The notes beneath the pieces are model-generated. The model was not told the DNA's origin. It was given only the letters and a program-made list of their open reading frames with translations, and ran no database searches. Below are positions 35,621-48,761 of a DNA stretch of 64,000 nt, piece by piece; positions within the stretch are counted from its first letter, which is position 1, and the number at the start of each line of letters is the position of its first letter. The stretch lies in contig OZ320320.1 of NCBI GenBank assembly GCA_976226885.1, forward strand, positions 35,836,001 through 35,900,000, given 5' to 3'. Position numbers and translations under genes: made by a program. The stretch is from Iphione sp. A-MEVVRFRX5 (lineage: Eukaryota).

Positions 35621-37599
35621 CCACACATATTTTATACGTACAGAAAGCAATGAGTGTGGTTATTTGGCTGAAGTAGGTTGCAGGTCTGTATGTATGTTGA
35701 TGATGACATAGTAACTGTTACCAACATGATTGGTCCCCCACACGAAATAAGAGGGATGAAATATGGAGACTACGATATTTTAAGACATATGGATTTATAT
35801 CAAATCCATTTATCAGGTGGAAGATAGCAATGAATGCGTGTCCTCTTGTTGCTAATTACTCTGTATGAAATACTGAAAATTGGTTTTAAAAGTGACGAAT
35901 CCAGAGGATTGCAAATCTTTATATATATGAATCATGCATATATGAAATAATGAATTGCATACGTCTTGAATAATTCACAATCGATTAGAATATATTTATC
36001 ATGAGTGGGGGCAATGTCTTAAAAATGTCTATTTTTCTGCTAAAATTAAAAAATGATGTGGTCGGTAGGTTGGTTGTTATTTTATTCAGCGCCAATGGAT
36101 CTTGAAAATGACAAATGTGTATGGTAATACCACTTCTACTGATTTTTCATTGTATCTTTAACCAGGACCTAGATATTCCAGTACTTTTAGCTGTTCTTCT
36201 AATACCCTCCAGGGATAGTATACTACTGTCTAGTATTGAGTATTGAGAGGCCAGAATACCAAGGGTTGCCCCCTAGTCTTATTTCAATTAGTTTCTGGAG
36301 AATTTTTGTGTATAGGGGACACAATCCTATATACGTACAGCCTGAACGGTTGGTTTCCTTATGTGCATTGCTGTCCGTGTGCATTTGTCTGCATTTGGGT
36401 GCATTTGTGTGTGTTTTTTTTACCAGTGATATCTAATGAAGGATGCCAAATGTGTCCATGTGTTTGTGTGTGTTTTGTGTCTTGGACAGTTAAGGGTCCC
36501 TGACCGATGATATAACACACATGGACAGCAAACAGACAGTAGTATACTAGAGATAGTCTTTGAATCAGGTGGAATAACAGAAAAACCATGTCAAAAAACA
36601 TGAAACAACATCCTTTACCTAGTGAAGGTTTTTACCACTATTCCCATCAAATCTGTCCTTAACTAGTAAAATCCCTCCTTTAACTAGTGAAATTTACTAG
36701 TTTTTTTCACTACAGAGAGACCTTATTAAACAGAGGGCCTGCAGATAGAGGATTTTTGTACGGATGATGAATTATCCGGTTGTTGAAATGGCAACCCATG
36801 CATCTCCTGGTGGGGAAAAATGGCATTGCATAGAGACTGAGGCAAATTCCATGAAGAAAGTGCCGTAAAATGGCAAATTTCAGGGGGAAAGTGCCAAAAA
36901 ACAGCTATTTCATGGAGATTAAGGCAAGTTCCATGGAGAAAGTGCTGAAAAACGTCAAATTTGAAGGAGAAGGTGCTGAAAAACATCAAATTTCAGGGAG
37001 AAAATGCAGGTAAACCCTTGTTAGTCACTCTTTGTTCTCTTACTTTAGGAGGTCATGGTCCACATCTCGCTCTTATGCGATCATTCCTTTATTCTCTGCA
37101 CTATGTTGTCTCTTTAGGAGGTTGTGGCCCACATATTGCTGTGATGTTATCGTTTCTCATGTTTGTATTGATGCTTCCTTTGTTCTCCCTTATGAATGGT
37201 TAAGTGTGTCGATTTTGTATATAAATTAATTTTAAATTGTAATTGTATCTTGTATCTGTTTCAATCACTTTTTTCGTAAGGTAATGATACTAATACAATG
37301 TAACTGGGTATTGCAGAAAGCCTGAACAATAATGACTAAATGCTTTTCCTCGCCTTTTTAATTTATCTATATCCGTTGCTAGTTTGAACTTGATGTACTG
37401 ATTGAGGTGTCATCCCATTGTGATATCGTAGAACTATATATGATAACATAATGCTATAAATCCTGGCTGTCCTTGCCAAGAAAAGAAAGAATTAAAAATT
37501 ATAACCAAGCATTTGAAGCCATAAGCCTCACAATAATAATGGAGAAACAGTTTGAATAAGAAACTAAGTTAGGAGTAAAGTAAGCGTTTAAGGACAACT

Positions 37600-37725
37600 T
37601 AAAGAATAGCAGCAGTCAAGTAAATGCCAACGGGTCATTACTACGTGAAAGCACACCCTTAATAGCGAAATACCTCAAGGCCCTGTATTAGATCTCTTCC
37701 TTTTCCCGATTCTTATTGACACTCC
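37600..37725 (+). mobile_element. Short LINE RT fragment
   Basis: QVNANG...IPQGPVLDLFLFPILID, equivalent to GVPQGSVLGPLLFLIYIND, with one frameshift. Confidence 0.5.
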
Positions 37726-40099
37726 ATTATTATACATGTACTTCACCGCACCTTAAATATCACTCTACAAATATGATGTAGTTGATTAAGGAGCTAGGAG
37801 AGTGTGGCTGAAGAAGTTGGTTTTACAATCATTCCTAAATGACACAGAGTGGAAAGAACCAAACGTAAGTTCATTAAGTACAGTCGGGTATCCTTATAAT
37901 AGTCGGTATCACCGAATAATTGTCGTTATATCAAAAAAGAGTCATTATATACTTTGGCAGAAGTAAATCTGGTTTGCCCTAAATTTAATTCTAAGGAATA
38001 CGCAAAAGGTTGTTATAACGACGCCTGTGCAAGAAACACAGGCGATAGGGCTAGCAACGTGCTTAACATGATATGGTAAGATTATTACCTGGAAACTGAA
38101 TACACCCATCTGGAAATGGTGGTCAATGAGCGAGTGAACTTTAACCACTGGATGCATGTTTGGCCTTTTTTAGTATAACGTAGTCCTTAATATAACTGTG
38201 ATAGGAGTAAGAGAATACATATTTAGTGTGCCAATACAAACAGTCATCTTGCTCAGCATGGGAAGCTATGCTGACCTTACCCATAAGTAGTGCAGTAGCA
38301 GGCTACAGTCAGTAGAAACATATTTCGGAAAAAATATGTAATCCTCTTCCTTCTATAGGGTACTAATGAAAGAATTGATAGAAATATGACACAGAATAAT
38401 ATTATGTTCCAAGCACAGACATGATTATGTGTCTTGTGTAATCCTGTTATTTTGCCCCACCTACATTACCTTTGTATGCGCTTGTCGGCAGCGTATATAG
38501 TCATATGTTTAAACATATCTATTCGTTTGTACATAACTACTCTTTCTTAAACTTGTCTAGAGAATGAATTAAGCTCCATACTCTGGACTGATGCGCCGTG
38601 GGTTCCCAGTGACTGAATTAATTGACTGCACTAATTATTGTAATTAGCTATATATTTCATATTAATTTGTCCCTTTCATTACATACTTTTCATTCCAAGC
38701 ATTATTATACTTAAAGTTTTGTAAAACTGTTTTATGCATTACTCTCTCTCTATACACATGTGTTTAACAATAAAAACTGATGTCAAGGAAAATGTGCGCA
38801 CTTACTGGTAGTGCCTGATTATGGCCCAAGTTGCCTCCTGCAGTGCAACGGTCTAGATTGCTGTGGTCTGATACGCGTATGCACCTAAAAGTCCGTACAC
38901 ATGGCCTTTGTCTAAGGAGTTTCTGTAAAAGAAAAAAGGCCGAATGGAAGTTTGAAGGCAACCTTTCTGTGTCATACTCTCTGGGACTCTGTCCTTTGTC
39001 ACTGTCCACGTCTGTATCAATCCCGTTAACCTATGGTCCCTCTGAGATTTGCCGTTTGTCACTCAAATCCTAATACTCACGGGCCTGCACCAGTACACTG
39101 CGTACTTGGCCGGCCAGATTTCTTGGTAACGTGTTAAGGTTACTGGAGCTATCCAGTATACCTACAAACACGTATATGGAACCACACGGGTTACAGTCGG
39201 AGTCGTCAAGCTTGATTGTATTAGGACATAAGAACGTTTTACAATTCCCTTGATGGTTGTGCACTCCTTTGCACACACAAATTATGACCTCGATTTGTTT
39301 CTTCGATGTCTCCTGGGCTCGAAACTGTTGGAAGGCGCACTGCGGCCCAAAACGTATGTAAACCTTCCATTTGATGTGTTACAAGCTGGTCGGCTTGGCG
39401 ATTTAGAAGTTGCCTGATATTTGCCGGCCTCCTGTCTTAAGTAGCGGCCAACCGGAGTGCTGGCCGGTCCCACAGTCTTACTTCTAGCATTTTTTTTGCT
39501 CAGAATTACAGTCGTTGTTTACTGGTTGAAAAGCTTTCGAGTTTATAACGGCTACATGCCGTCAAAAAGTCTAAGGGGATTATAAGGGAAACTGTTACGA
39601 AAAGGAAACGAAAAGAATACCAGAAGAGAGACACAATGACAGAAGCAGTCATAACTGCCAGATATCCCTGGAAAAGACTTGGATCACTTGAGCAGCCACT
39701 TGTGGCGAGGTCTACCACCAGGCGTCGGTACAGGGTAAGACACGGGGTAGGTTGCCTGTCGAAGGGCCCAGTCTGAAATTAACTGCGCTAAATGCACACG
39801 TAGAATTAGTTCAAAAACATATCACTGCTGTCGTAGGGACGTTATTCTGCCAAATCAATCTGAAGGTTTTACCTGTGTCCTCTGCTACATACTCATCACT
39901 CTCTAACCTTGCGTTTTTATACTTAACTACACGTTCCTGACCCTACCTGGTTGGACAAGGCTAAAATAGTGCCAATGTACTGTTGGGTGCTTCTCAGTGA
40001 TTATTTTCTAAGTTGAGGCGTCAAGGCAGAAGTTGATCTACAGCTAACTTCCCCTTTTTCAGCTGTCAGGTAGACTGGGTATACCTCAAGAAGGAGGCA

Positions 40100-40530
40100 G
40101 CTAATTGTCGATTACCCCCCAACTGATTATTAACAAGTGTTGTGGGTTAAGGTAGGAACTGATCAACAGCAATCTAGCCTGTGGTGACTACCAGGTGGGA
40201 GAAGTGGTCACAGCCTGGAGTTAGCCTCTAGCTGCCTTCTCCCATTTGATTAGAAACTGGGTTTATGGGCTAAGATGGAGACATACCCACACCCATTTAT
40301 CCTGTTGTGACTGCCATGCGGTTGGAGTGGCCACAACTTGGAATCAGCCCCTTGCTGGCTTTCTCCTTGTTAACTACTGGCTATGTTTATGAATCAAGGC
40401 CAGAACTGACCTACAGCTAACTGCCGTCTGGTGACTGCCAGGAGGTGGCAGGCAAAAACAGGAGTAAATCCATTGTCGATTGTCTCCTACTAATTACTAG
40501 CTAGGTTTATGGTTTAAGGTAGGACACTGC
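40100..40530. repeat. Degenerate satellite, about 115-125 bp period
   Basis: Recurrent G(G/T)TTATGG(G/T)TTAAGGTAGGA-like motif near 40145, 40261, 40385 and 40505. Confidence 0.45.
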
Positions 40531-41922
40531 CCTTTATCCATCTGCACTGTAGTGGATGCACAGGCCACAGCATTGAGAAGCCTACACCTGGCAAGCCTAC
40601 AAGCCTACTTCTGGCTGCCTCTGTTGACTTCAGGGCTAGTGGACGACCTACATGGAGAACAATAGCCCTGTTCTAGGAACACAGGTAAAACCACTAAGGG
40701 CATCTCTTCCTGACCTATCTAGCAGCCCAATTAAGCTTCATATTACAACTGCCTTGTATTTTTGGATAGTCAAAACTGACAGATATATAGAGAACCAAGC
40801 TGCCCAGGGTTAAGGCTCCGGACTTTGAAGAAAGATTGAGGAGGAGGCGGGTCTTCGGAGCATGGCATAGTTGTAGGTGTGTGTAACTGTTATATGTGAC
40901 ACGTGACGTTACGGGGGGGCCGCATACCATAGAGGCACGACTCACACCTACGGTGACAGTGCATCTTTAGAGGGCACTCAACACAGAGAAAGTAAGCAAA
41001 ACGTGCCAGGACGTGTGTGAAGCCTTTGTAGAGAGCGAGTCGGGACGAGGAAAGCAAGGACATCGTCCGAGTGTATGGTGTATGGCAGGACAAATGTGTG
41101 CAAGGGAGTGCATTACGCTCGAGTCAAGAGGAAGGGACACTGGATCACAAATATGACCCCCACCGTCATTATTTAGATGTGGCTGGCTCTTCTGTGGATC
41201 AGGCGCTACCTGCCTGCTAAGGAGCTGTAGAACTGGAACTATCAACATGACCCTTGTCAGTGAAATGTACGGCGAAAGTCAGTGACCCGAACTACTACAT
41301 GTAACAAGTAGACTGGAGAGCGTGGGCTGCACATAGCGTGCCCCGCCTATCCTACCCACCCTCTCCACAGGTCTCCATGTAAAATGTCCCCTCCTGACAT
41401 ATTCATGTACATAAATGCATTTATCATTTGTTTGAGTTGTATCCCCAACACATTGATCTGCCTTTGGTAAACTCTTCGAAATGTACAGGTCTTGGTGTTC
41501 ATTTGATAACTATCCGCATACATGTATATATATTCATATACGGTGCATGCACAGTGTATGTTGTTTGCTAGTGGTGTAATGCCCACGTTTATGTGGGTTT
41601 CAAGCTACGTGTCCTGGATATTTGTACTTGGTGTTTATGTGGTTCAAATATGTTGTTGGTATGTAGATGATATCTATACCTTCGTAAAACTTAAGTCCTA
41701 AGTATAATATAATAAGCTGGCAGATCACGAGCCTACATTCCTCAAGAGATCTGGTATAGAAGATCTTAACTCGGACAGCTAGTATTTGGTAACCAGGCCA
41801 GACATTATTCATTAATTCAAACAGGTAGTGCTTGTGAACTTAAGACAGGCAACACATGGTATCTCTAAAGTTAATCCGGACGAGTCAAATTGAACAACCA
41901 GCAGAGTTAATTTCACTTATAA

Positions 41923-41928
41923 TTTATT
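41923..41928 (-). terminator. Candidate polyadenylation signal (AATAAA) for the neurotrophin mRNA
   Basis: First minus-strand AATAAA I found downstream of the stop codon; it implies a 3' UTR of about 1.3 kb. Confidence 0.4.
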
Positions 41929-43235
41929 ACAACTGTAATCTACAATACCCAAATAACAGGTCAGAGCATAAATATTGGTAATAAATAGAAAAAAATGCAG
42001 CCGTCCTCGACGAGTGATGAGACAAACATCGATAACAAGCTTACACTCACTTAGAGGTGAGAGGCAGTAGGACAGACAAAGCACCAATAAGCAGTTCACT
42101 GCTCTGAATGAAAGTCAGTCTTACATATTGACTGGCTGGAACCCTCGGAATTAAAACTACATGAAGGGTAACTCGAGAAATGCTCGCCAGTTTATACAAA
42201 TTACTACTGCTTCGCTTCATTGTCTAAGAAAGGAATGTGTACAGGTTGGCAACCCTGAACTTCTTTGGTACATTGGTTTTAGTACATAACCAGATATTCC
42301 AGAAACTTTGGCACAATTTGAGGCACAATGAAGAGACTGGGCGGCCACGACGGCCGCGGTAGAAGGACAGTGCGGCCCGAATGGCCACACGGCACGTTGC
42401 TGGCACACCATTGAAGTAAGGCAGGGACACCCGCAGGACGACCTACGCTCGGCCTCCCTTGCGGCTGTCGTGGTGTTTCTAGTAAGGTATCCGGCTGCGC
42501 AATCTTTTAAGACACTCAAATACATCCACACACACACCGACGCATCGACACATATCGTAACATGAACAGAATGCATATCGAAATTCTTCGCCAATAACTT
42601 AATACTAAATATTTATGCAGAAATGAAGGTAGCACCAAACTAGTGATATGGAAAACAAAGTACATGTACATGTTAATGAACGTAAAGATTTCAATGATTG
42701 TTCTTACGCAGACAGCAACCTGGAGAAAACTAACAAAGTTATCCTCACAAAAATATTCTCACTTATAAATACGCAGTAGCAATCCCTTGTATACATAAAT
42801 ACTTGATAAATAGTGTTACATAGTTATTTACAGGCTTAATTGTTGTCAAGCTGGCTTTGCGGATTCGCAGACCCTTGTCAATTGTCAACTTGCGTCGTAT
42901 CATGTCAAACTGAGAAGTCCTCCATATATATGTACTCATGACGTACCCGAGCTGTGTGAGGGTGTGGGTGGACAACCTGCATCCTACCACTCGTCTATAG
43001 CAGTGCCTGACCGCCAACAGATAGAAATAGAGGATGGGAGTTGAACACAAACAGGTGATTATAATAGAGTGGATATCACCCCTTCCTCTCCCCCCCCCCC
43101 CACAATAAAAAAAATTGCTAAAAGTCGTAGAGGTCTCTATATCACAGGCCCAGCAGGTCATGGATCCTTCAGGTCAAGCTACCGGCAGTCACGGAGTCAA
43201 CATAACCAGAGGATATGGTCACGTGTCCATCAAGC

Positions 43236-44159
43236 TCACAGCTCTAGCAGGTCGGCCAGTTCAGCCTGAGCGTTACGCGTTCGACGATAGAGGCCGCAGT
43301 TGCACGAACCGCGGATGTTGATGATGTTCCAGCCGACTTCGCCATCGCGGGTGCGAACATGCGCATAGGCCCACGTGTGTTTGGTCTTGCATCCCGACTC
43401 GAAGCGTCGCTCGTCGATGCCGACGCATCCGATACCCTCCTCGCGACAGAACGTCTCGTAGAAGTACTGGTTGATGGGCACGCCGCCAGTCATGAACTCC
43501 TGGAGCACCTCGACCCGTTGGCCCCAGACGGTCATAGCGGTTTGCAGCTGCAGCCAGCGACTCACCGACTCACAGGCGGCCACCTCGACCTTGTGGTGCT
43601 CCTCTTGTAGGGCTCGCCGCCCGCGACTCCGCCCCGACAAGCCGCCCGCCGACCTGTTAGCGGCCCCGCCCGCGCCCTCGGAGGTAAGCGTCAGTAGATC
43701 GCCCCCGAAGGACGAGGAGTCGTCGACCGACTTTATGACATTGTTTCCGTCGGCGTGCCGGAAGTGGCGGTCGCCGTGTGTTCGGTCTGTTGGCCGCTCA
43801 GGGTCGCTGCGAGCGTTCGGCTGGTCGGAACGGGGCGCGTCAGCGTCGAATCGGACCGACCAGGGTGGTTGGCGTGGAGCAGTGCGGCCAAAACTGACGC
43901 GTGGAGACAGCAGGACCGGGTTCAGTCCGGCGTCCGCGAACAGCCGCGGACCCGCGTCTTCCGGTAGGGCGTTTTCGTGCCGCCGCCTGTGATGGCGGTG
44001 TCGTCGATGGTGCTGATGGTGGTGGTGCCGATGCCGGTGGTGCCGGTCAGCCGATCGGTTGGAGGCAACGTTGGCCAGAGTGTTGAGTATCCTTCCACCG
44101 TTGGTCACGGTTACCATCGGGATAAACGTGAAAAGGAACAAGACCAGGGCGAGCTTCAT
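43236..44159 (-). CDS. NT: Neurotrophin precursor (NGF/BDNF/NT-3 family), 307 aa, single coding exon
   Basis: Hydrophobic signal peptide; pro-domain motif LLSPRVSF (cf. NGF RSPRVLF); furin site RGRR (179-182). Mature domain ACESVSRW, WGQRVEVL, QYFYETFC, GCVGID, GCKTKHTW, GWNIINIRGSCNC with six cystine-knot Cys. Splice acceptor TTTCAG at 44165, 5 nt before the ATG. Confidence 0.96.
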   Translation of the reverse strand: MKLALVLFLFTFIPMVTVTNGGRILNTLANVASNRSADRHHRHRHHHHQHHRRHRHHRRRHENALPEDAGPRLFADAGLNPVLLSPRVSFGRTAPRQPPWSVRFDADAPRSDQPNARSDPERPTDRTHGDRHFRHADGNNVIKSVDDSSSFGGDLLTLTSEGAGGAANRSAGGLSGRSRGRRALQEEHHKVEVAACESVSRWLQLQTAMTVWGQRVEVLQEFMTGGVPINQYFYETFCREEGIGCVGIDERRFESGCKTKHTWAYAHVRTRDGEVGWNIINIRGSCNCGLYRRTRNAQAELADLLEL

Positions 44160-47100
44160 TATATCTGAAACAGAAAGAGAGGCTGGTTAGAGCGGCACGG
44201 GTTGATTTGAAAAAAGATTTGAGAAGGGAGAGATGAAGGCCACGTGATAAATGGACTGGACTGCATCAGTACTGAACAAGACAGAAGTAGCAGGGAGGTA
44301 TGGAGGTGGGCCAGATTGAAGGCCTTTCAAGTTTACGTGTAAAGGCAGCAATTAAGTAAGACAGGTGATAAGAGACGGGGATAAGAGAGGGAGAGGCGGG
44401 AAACAGGAGGAGAGGCATCAGCAGGCAGGGCAGACTAGGGCAGATGGGACAATTGGAGAATAAAACAGAGAGACAGGTAATTACTGGGAAAAGACAGCTT
44501 GAAGTTTAGATAAGTGTTTGTGGGGAGAGGTAACCTGCCGGCACATGATAACTCAACAAACTTGATCTGTGTGCAATCAGAAAAAGAATGAACACCCCAC
44601 ACGTGTTTGCACGAATCTGACAATAGCAACAGATCGCACCTGTTACGCACAACTTACACTATTTACCATATATCATCGCATATGTTCATCTGCATACTTG
44701 TATCAAATTATGTTCATGAAAACTTGATTGTATAATGAATTAATTACACCTAACGATCGAAAGGTCCAAACCAAACCGTTCGTTCCCAACCACAAGTGAG
44801 GTGGGGTGACCCATACGAACCTAGCAAAGGTAGGAGACGGGTGAAACGTTGGGAGGTGTATAGTTTCTGGTGGATAACAGATTATCAAGACCGGTAAGAA
44901 TATGTAGGACCTCACGTAGACGGTCATGTCAGTAGGTGCGAGGGCTCATGTCGACACCGTTGTAGGTTGATTCGGGAGCTCCGCCGGTGAGATGGTACTC
45001 TCTAGGGAGGAGCGGGGTGGGGGATGCATGTGATCACCAGTCATGTAAAACTCCCGACGACTCATCATCGCCCAATATAGCGTCATCTAGCCGCATAGGG
45101 CTATATTTAGTAATATAGGGGTCAGAGGTCACCACTGTCAATCACGGCCTTCTGGCTACATGCCGTCGTAGTATGTGTGTGGGCGTGGCAGAGATCCCTC
45201 ATCGCACCCCCTCCCCCATCTACCTCTTGACTGTTTGGATGTATGGGTGGGCGCCAAGGAGCAGGGGGTGGTGGAGAGGCTACCACCTGGCGTTAGCAGG
45301 CTCAGTCCTGCTCCAGGGAGGGAGGTGGTTAGGTAGTTATAGAGCACGATGACTTGGATCCTTCTTTTTAACAATACTCGTGTAGCGGTTGAGCACACCT
45401 CCGAGACCAAGTTTAATGCATATAGCCTAATACTGACCAACCAGTAATCTCATACTGAGTGCCACCTAATGTCGTAGAGAGGAGAGAAATTATGAAATTA
45501 GCACAGTGACCCTGGGGACAGTCTTCATAATCCGTTCCGCAATAACAAACGCCGTAAAAGTGTTCTATGCAAGTAGTGGTTTTAAGTAACTTTGGAGTTG
45601 GTGGGTATCTTTGCGTGGACGGAAAGGAAGTGCATTGTAATTGGGCTGATGGAAGAGGTGGGTGTTAACGAAAGTTGAGAAAAAGGTGAGGGGGAGTGAA
45701 AAGGAACTCATGTACAGGATACTTATTTTTGCTTACATCCTAATTGTACGTGCTTATCACAAAAATAGATCAAGGAATTGGTCATAAACATGGCTGTAGA
45801 TACTCATCACACATCTAGTTCTGTGAACCTGTTACACATACACCTTTCGGTACATGTTGAACATGATACATGTAGTTGTAGGTACCTCTTACACAAGAAG
45901 CTATGAATATGTATACGGATCACACACGCACACACACACACACAGCTGTGGGGATTTACCACACACGTAGTTGTCAGAATTCATCATGCACATAGTTGTG
46001 GGTACTCAACACACATACAATTAACGATACTTGTTAAAGACATACTTGTGGGTATTTGTAAGGCACATAGTTGCGGGAACTAGTGTGTTCTTGTGCCACA
46101 CAAACTAGATGGTACCATGGTATCTGTTATATAATTAGTTCTCTCCATTTACTATATAAAATTATATCATGCGTATACCTACTGTTGCTCCGAAGTCTAA
46201 CCTGATATACACATACTTATGGTATTTACCACACTCATTTATAGAGCACTTACCGTATTTCTTACACGTGGTAGTGACTAAGAACACGTACGTTGGGTTT
46301 TACTACACACGTGCATGGAAACTACACAGGGGGTCAGAACTACCTGCTAAAGAGTATCAACAATAAAGGATGCATGTGCGTATCAATTATGTAGACAAAC
46401 CCGAGTGAACTACATTTGTGCTTGACACGTTTCCAGCGACTGATAGTCATATTCAGGGCATTCTTGCGCACATACATGTACGTGGAGTACCTATCTCCTG
46501 CGTACTCCGGGGCACCCATGTGGTCACGCTCATGTTCACGTCCAGACGGTACGGCCGTGTCACCAAGTCCCAAAGCTCATATAATGAATGCTTTATTACA
46601 TATACACGTACAGATTGTTCATTTCCTTTTTATGCGAACAACATACCGGGTCTAATGGGAAACAATGTAGCAAACGATGTGAAAAAAGGCACTTTCCTAA
46701 AGTGACACGCATAGTGTGCCAATACCCCTTAGATCTTCTGCCGAGAAACGGTAATTGTTAACTGAAATTGACAAATTGCAAGCAGCAAATAGTAGAGGCG
46801 TAGTTTGACCTTATGCGACCTAGCTAAGAGGTCTATTGGGTTTGAGCACGAAGTGGACGCTGGGAGGGCGGGCAAGAGCCAATGAGTGTCATAAGTGGTA
46901 GCCCTGCTGCCAGGTGCCCCTACTTATCTACCTACATCACACTTGACTTTATAAAGTGTAGCATTTGGCACGGCGTGGACAATGTGTGTTGATAGCTAGA
47001 GCTAGCACTAACCCGGCCTTAAAGACCCAGAATTATGTGTAGTGTTTGCTTAGCGACTGTAGCCGTGTAACTCGGTGACTTTACCGCAACTGTAAATTAA

Positions 47101-47233
47101 GATCCATTTAACCAGCATGGCGTCGCCTAAGACAGTCTGCCCATCTGAACTCTGCGGTTATTCTTCAGGGGAAGGACATAGTGAAGATGTGGTTGGTGCC
47201 TTGGCCAACTGGTCCAAGTGTGTTCATTCGCAC

Positions 47234-47380
47234 CTGGTCACGGAGAGTGATCACACACGGCACACCCTGGTCGGTGAATAAACTCAGATAGACAGCACCA
47301 TTTCTTCCATAGTTTGTTCATACATCATCATTGAATACTCCTCCTGCGTATATATATAAATGTATATACATGCATATTGG
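47234..47380 (-). promoter_or_regulatory. Candidate neurotrophin 5' exon and TATA promoter
   Basis: Donor CAG|GTGCGA after 47234, TATA tract at 47349-47360, CCAAT at 47376-47380. Confidence 0.4.
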
Positions 47381-48293
47381 ACGGGGTCCGAACTTAACTT
47401 TGTAAAACGTTGACCGCCTACATAAAACACACTGGAATTATTTTGATCCATATCGCTATTTTGTTACCCTCATGGTTTGTTTGAATAGAAATATATGTCG
47501 ACCACGTAGGTCAAAACGAGTACATTCGGTGCGAAGGAGTTGACCAACATGAATAAGAGTGAATGTAAATTTCGACCTGTGTATTTGTGAGTATACAAAG
47601 GCATTGTAAGCTTACCTACAAGTAGCTATTTGTGTCCCTGAATTTGCTATATCTTTCCGTATCTTACTGATGATGCTAGTCATGTACATTTAAATGTACG
47701 TTTCATTATGAAGTTTGTCTCATCTCTCCACTATTTAACCATGGGGAAGAAGTGTCTCATCTCACCATTGAATTCGAACAACTGATGCATTCCTAATTCG
47801 AGTGTCTGCTTGGAGTGGACTCAGGATGGGATCGAGTAATACTACATTGATCTTAGGTTTATTGCAAAAAGTTAAACATGTTTCATCACCGACCAAAATT
47901 ATCTTTTTGTTCTAATCCTCTAAGATCTAGTTGTATCAGTCACATGCACTCGTTTCATTTGTAAATGCTGTTGAGTGAAACGAAATGTTCTGAGTTGGGT
48001 GATCCATTTTCACCCTACATTTGTATTTCATTTGCCCACCTACCCTGCTAAGCAGGCCTAACAACCAAGTAAAATTTATAACTGACATATTTCTCACTGC
48101 ATGATTAATAACAACCTTACATTTTCCCCAAAGGCTTTACGACTTAGGCTGGAAAACGGTGCATTTTGATTAGTAGAAAAACCATTCTAACCTTACACTT
48201 CCGATCAAACGCCATATTTCAGTGGTGTGTATGACACGTCAGGAAAAGGGCAGTTGCAACCCCAACCTAAACGTATCCCCAAAATCAGATTAA

Positions 48294-48754
48294 GGCGCGC
48301 TTTCCATATGCATGCAGATTTCTTCTGGAGCACCGAACAATCTTATTACAATGAATAGGAGTGTTTCCTTGTGTATGGGATCAATGCTCTGGGTTCCATG
48401 TTCAGAGCCATGCGGAGCCCAAAACGGCTCTGGGCCATAAATTTACATGTTTTCTTGACTCCAGAGACCCATGATTTCATACGTATTCCAGTAAAATTTG
48501 TTCTTTTTTCCACTATTGCCATCCAATTTACCATTTTTCACACTTTTCCCAGTGAAATTATCTGTTTTTTGTTACAAGTCGCTTCACATTGCATGGCCAG
48601 TTTTTACCTGCCTCTCCCCGGCCTCACCCCTGCCTTTTCCCAGCCTCTCCCTATACACATGCGAAGCACCTGTCTATGCCAGTCCGGAAAATGAGCTGAA
48701 TTTTCAGACAATCATGGAGTAAGGAAAAAGATCCATACGCATGGAAAGCAAGCC
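48294..48754. mobile_element. PIF/Harbinger-type MITE
   Basis: TAA|GGCGCGCTTTCCAT ... ATGGAAAGCAAGCC|TAA; 3-bp TAA TSD. Confidence 0.75.
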
Positions 48755-48761
48755 TAAGTAA

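Noticed and set aside
42217-42594. 125-aa Cys-rich minus-strand ORF
   Set aside because: It falls in the predicted neurotrophin 3' UTR, starts at a non-ATG codon and has no family motif.
43359-44168. Several plus-strand ORFs (up to 173 aa)
   Set aside because: Antisense shadows of the GC-rich neurotrophin CDS.
47140-47170. CUGAAGA followed by a short AAC/GUU stem (minus strand)
   Set aside because: GAAA is absent after the stem.
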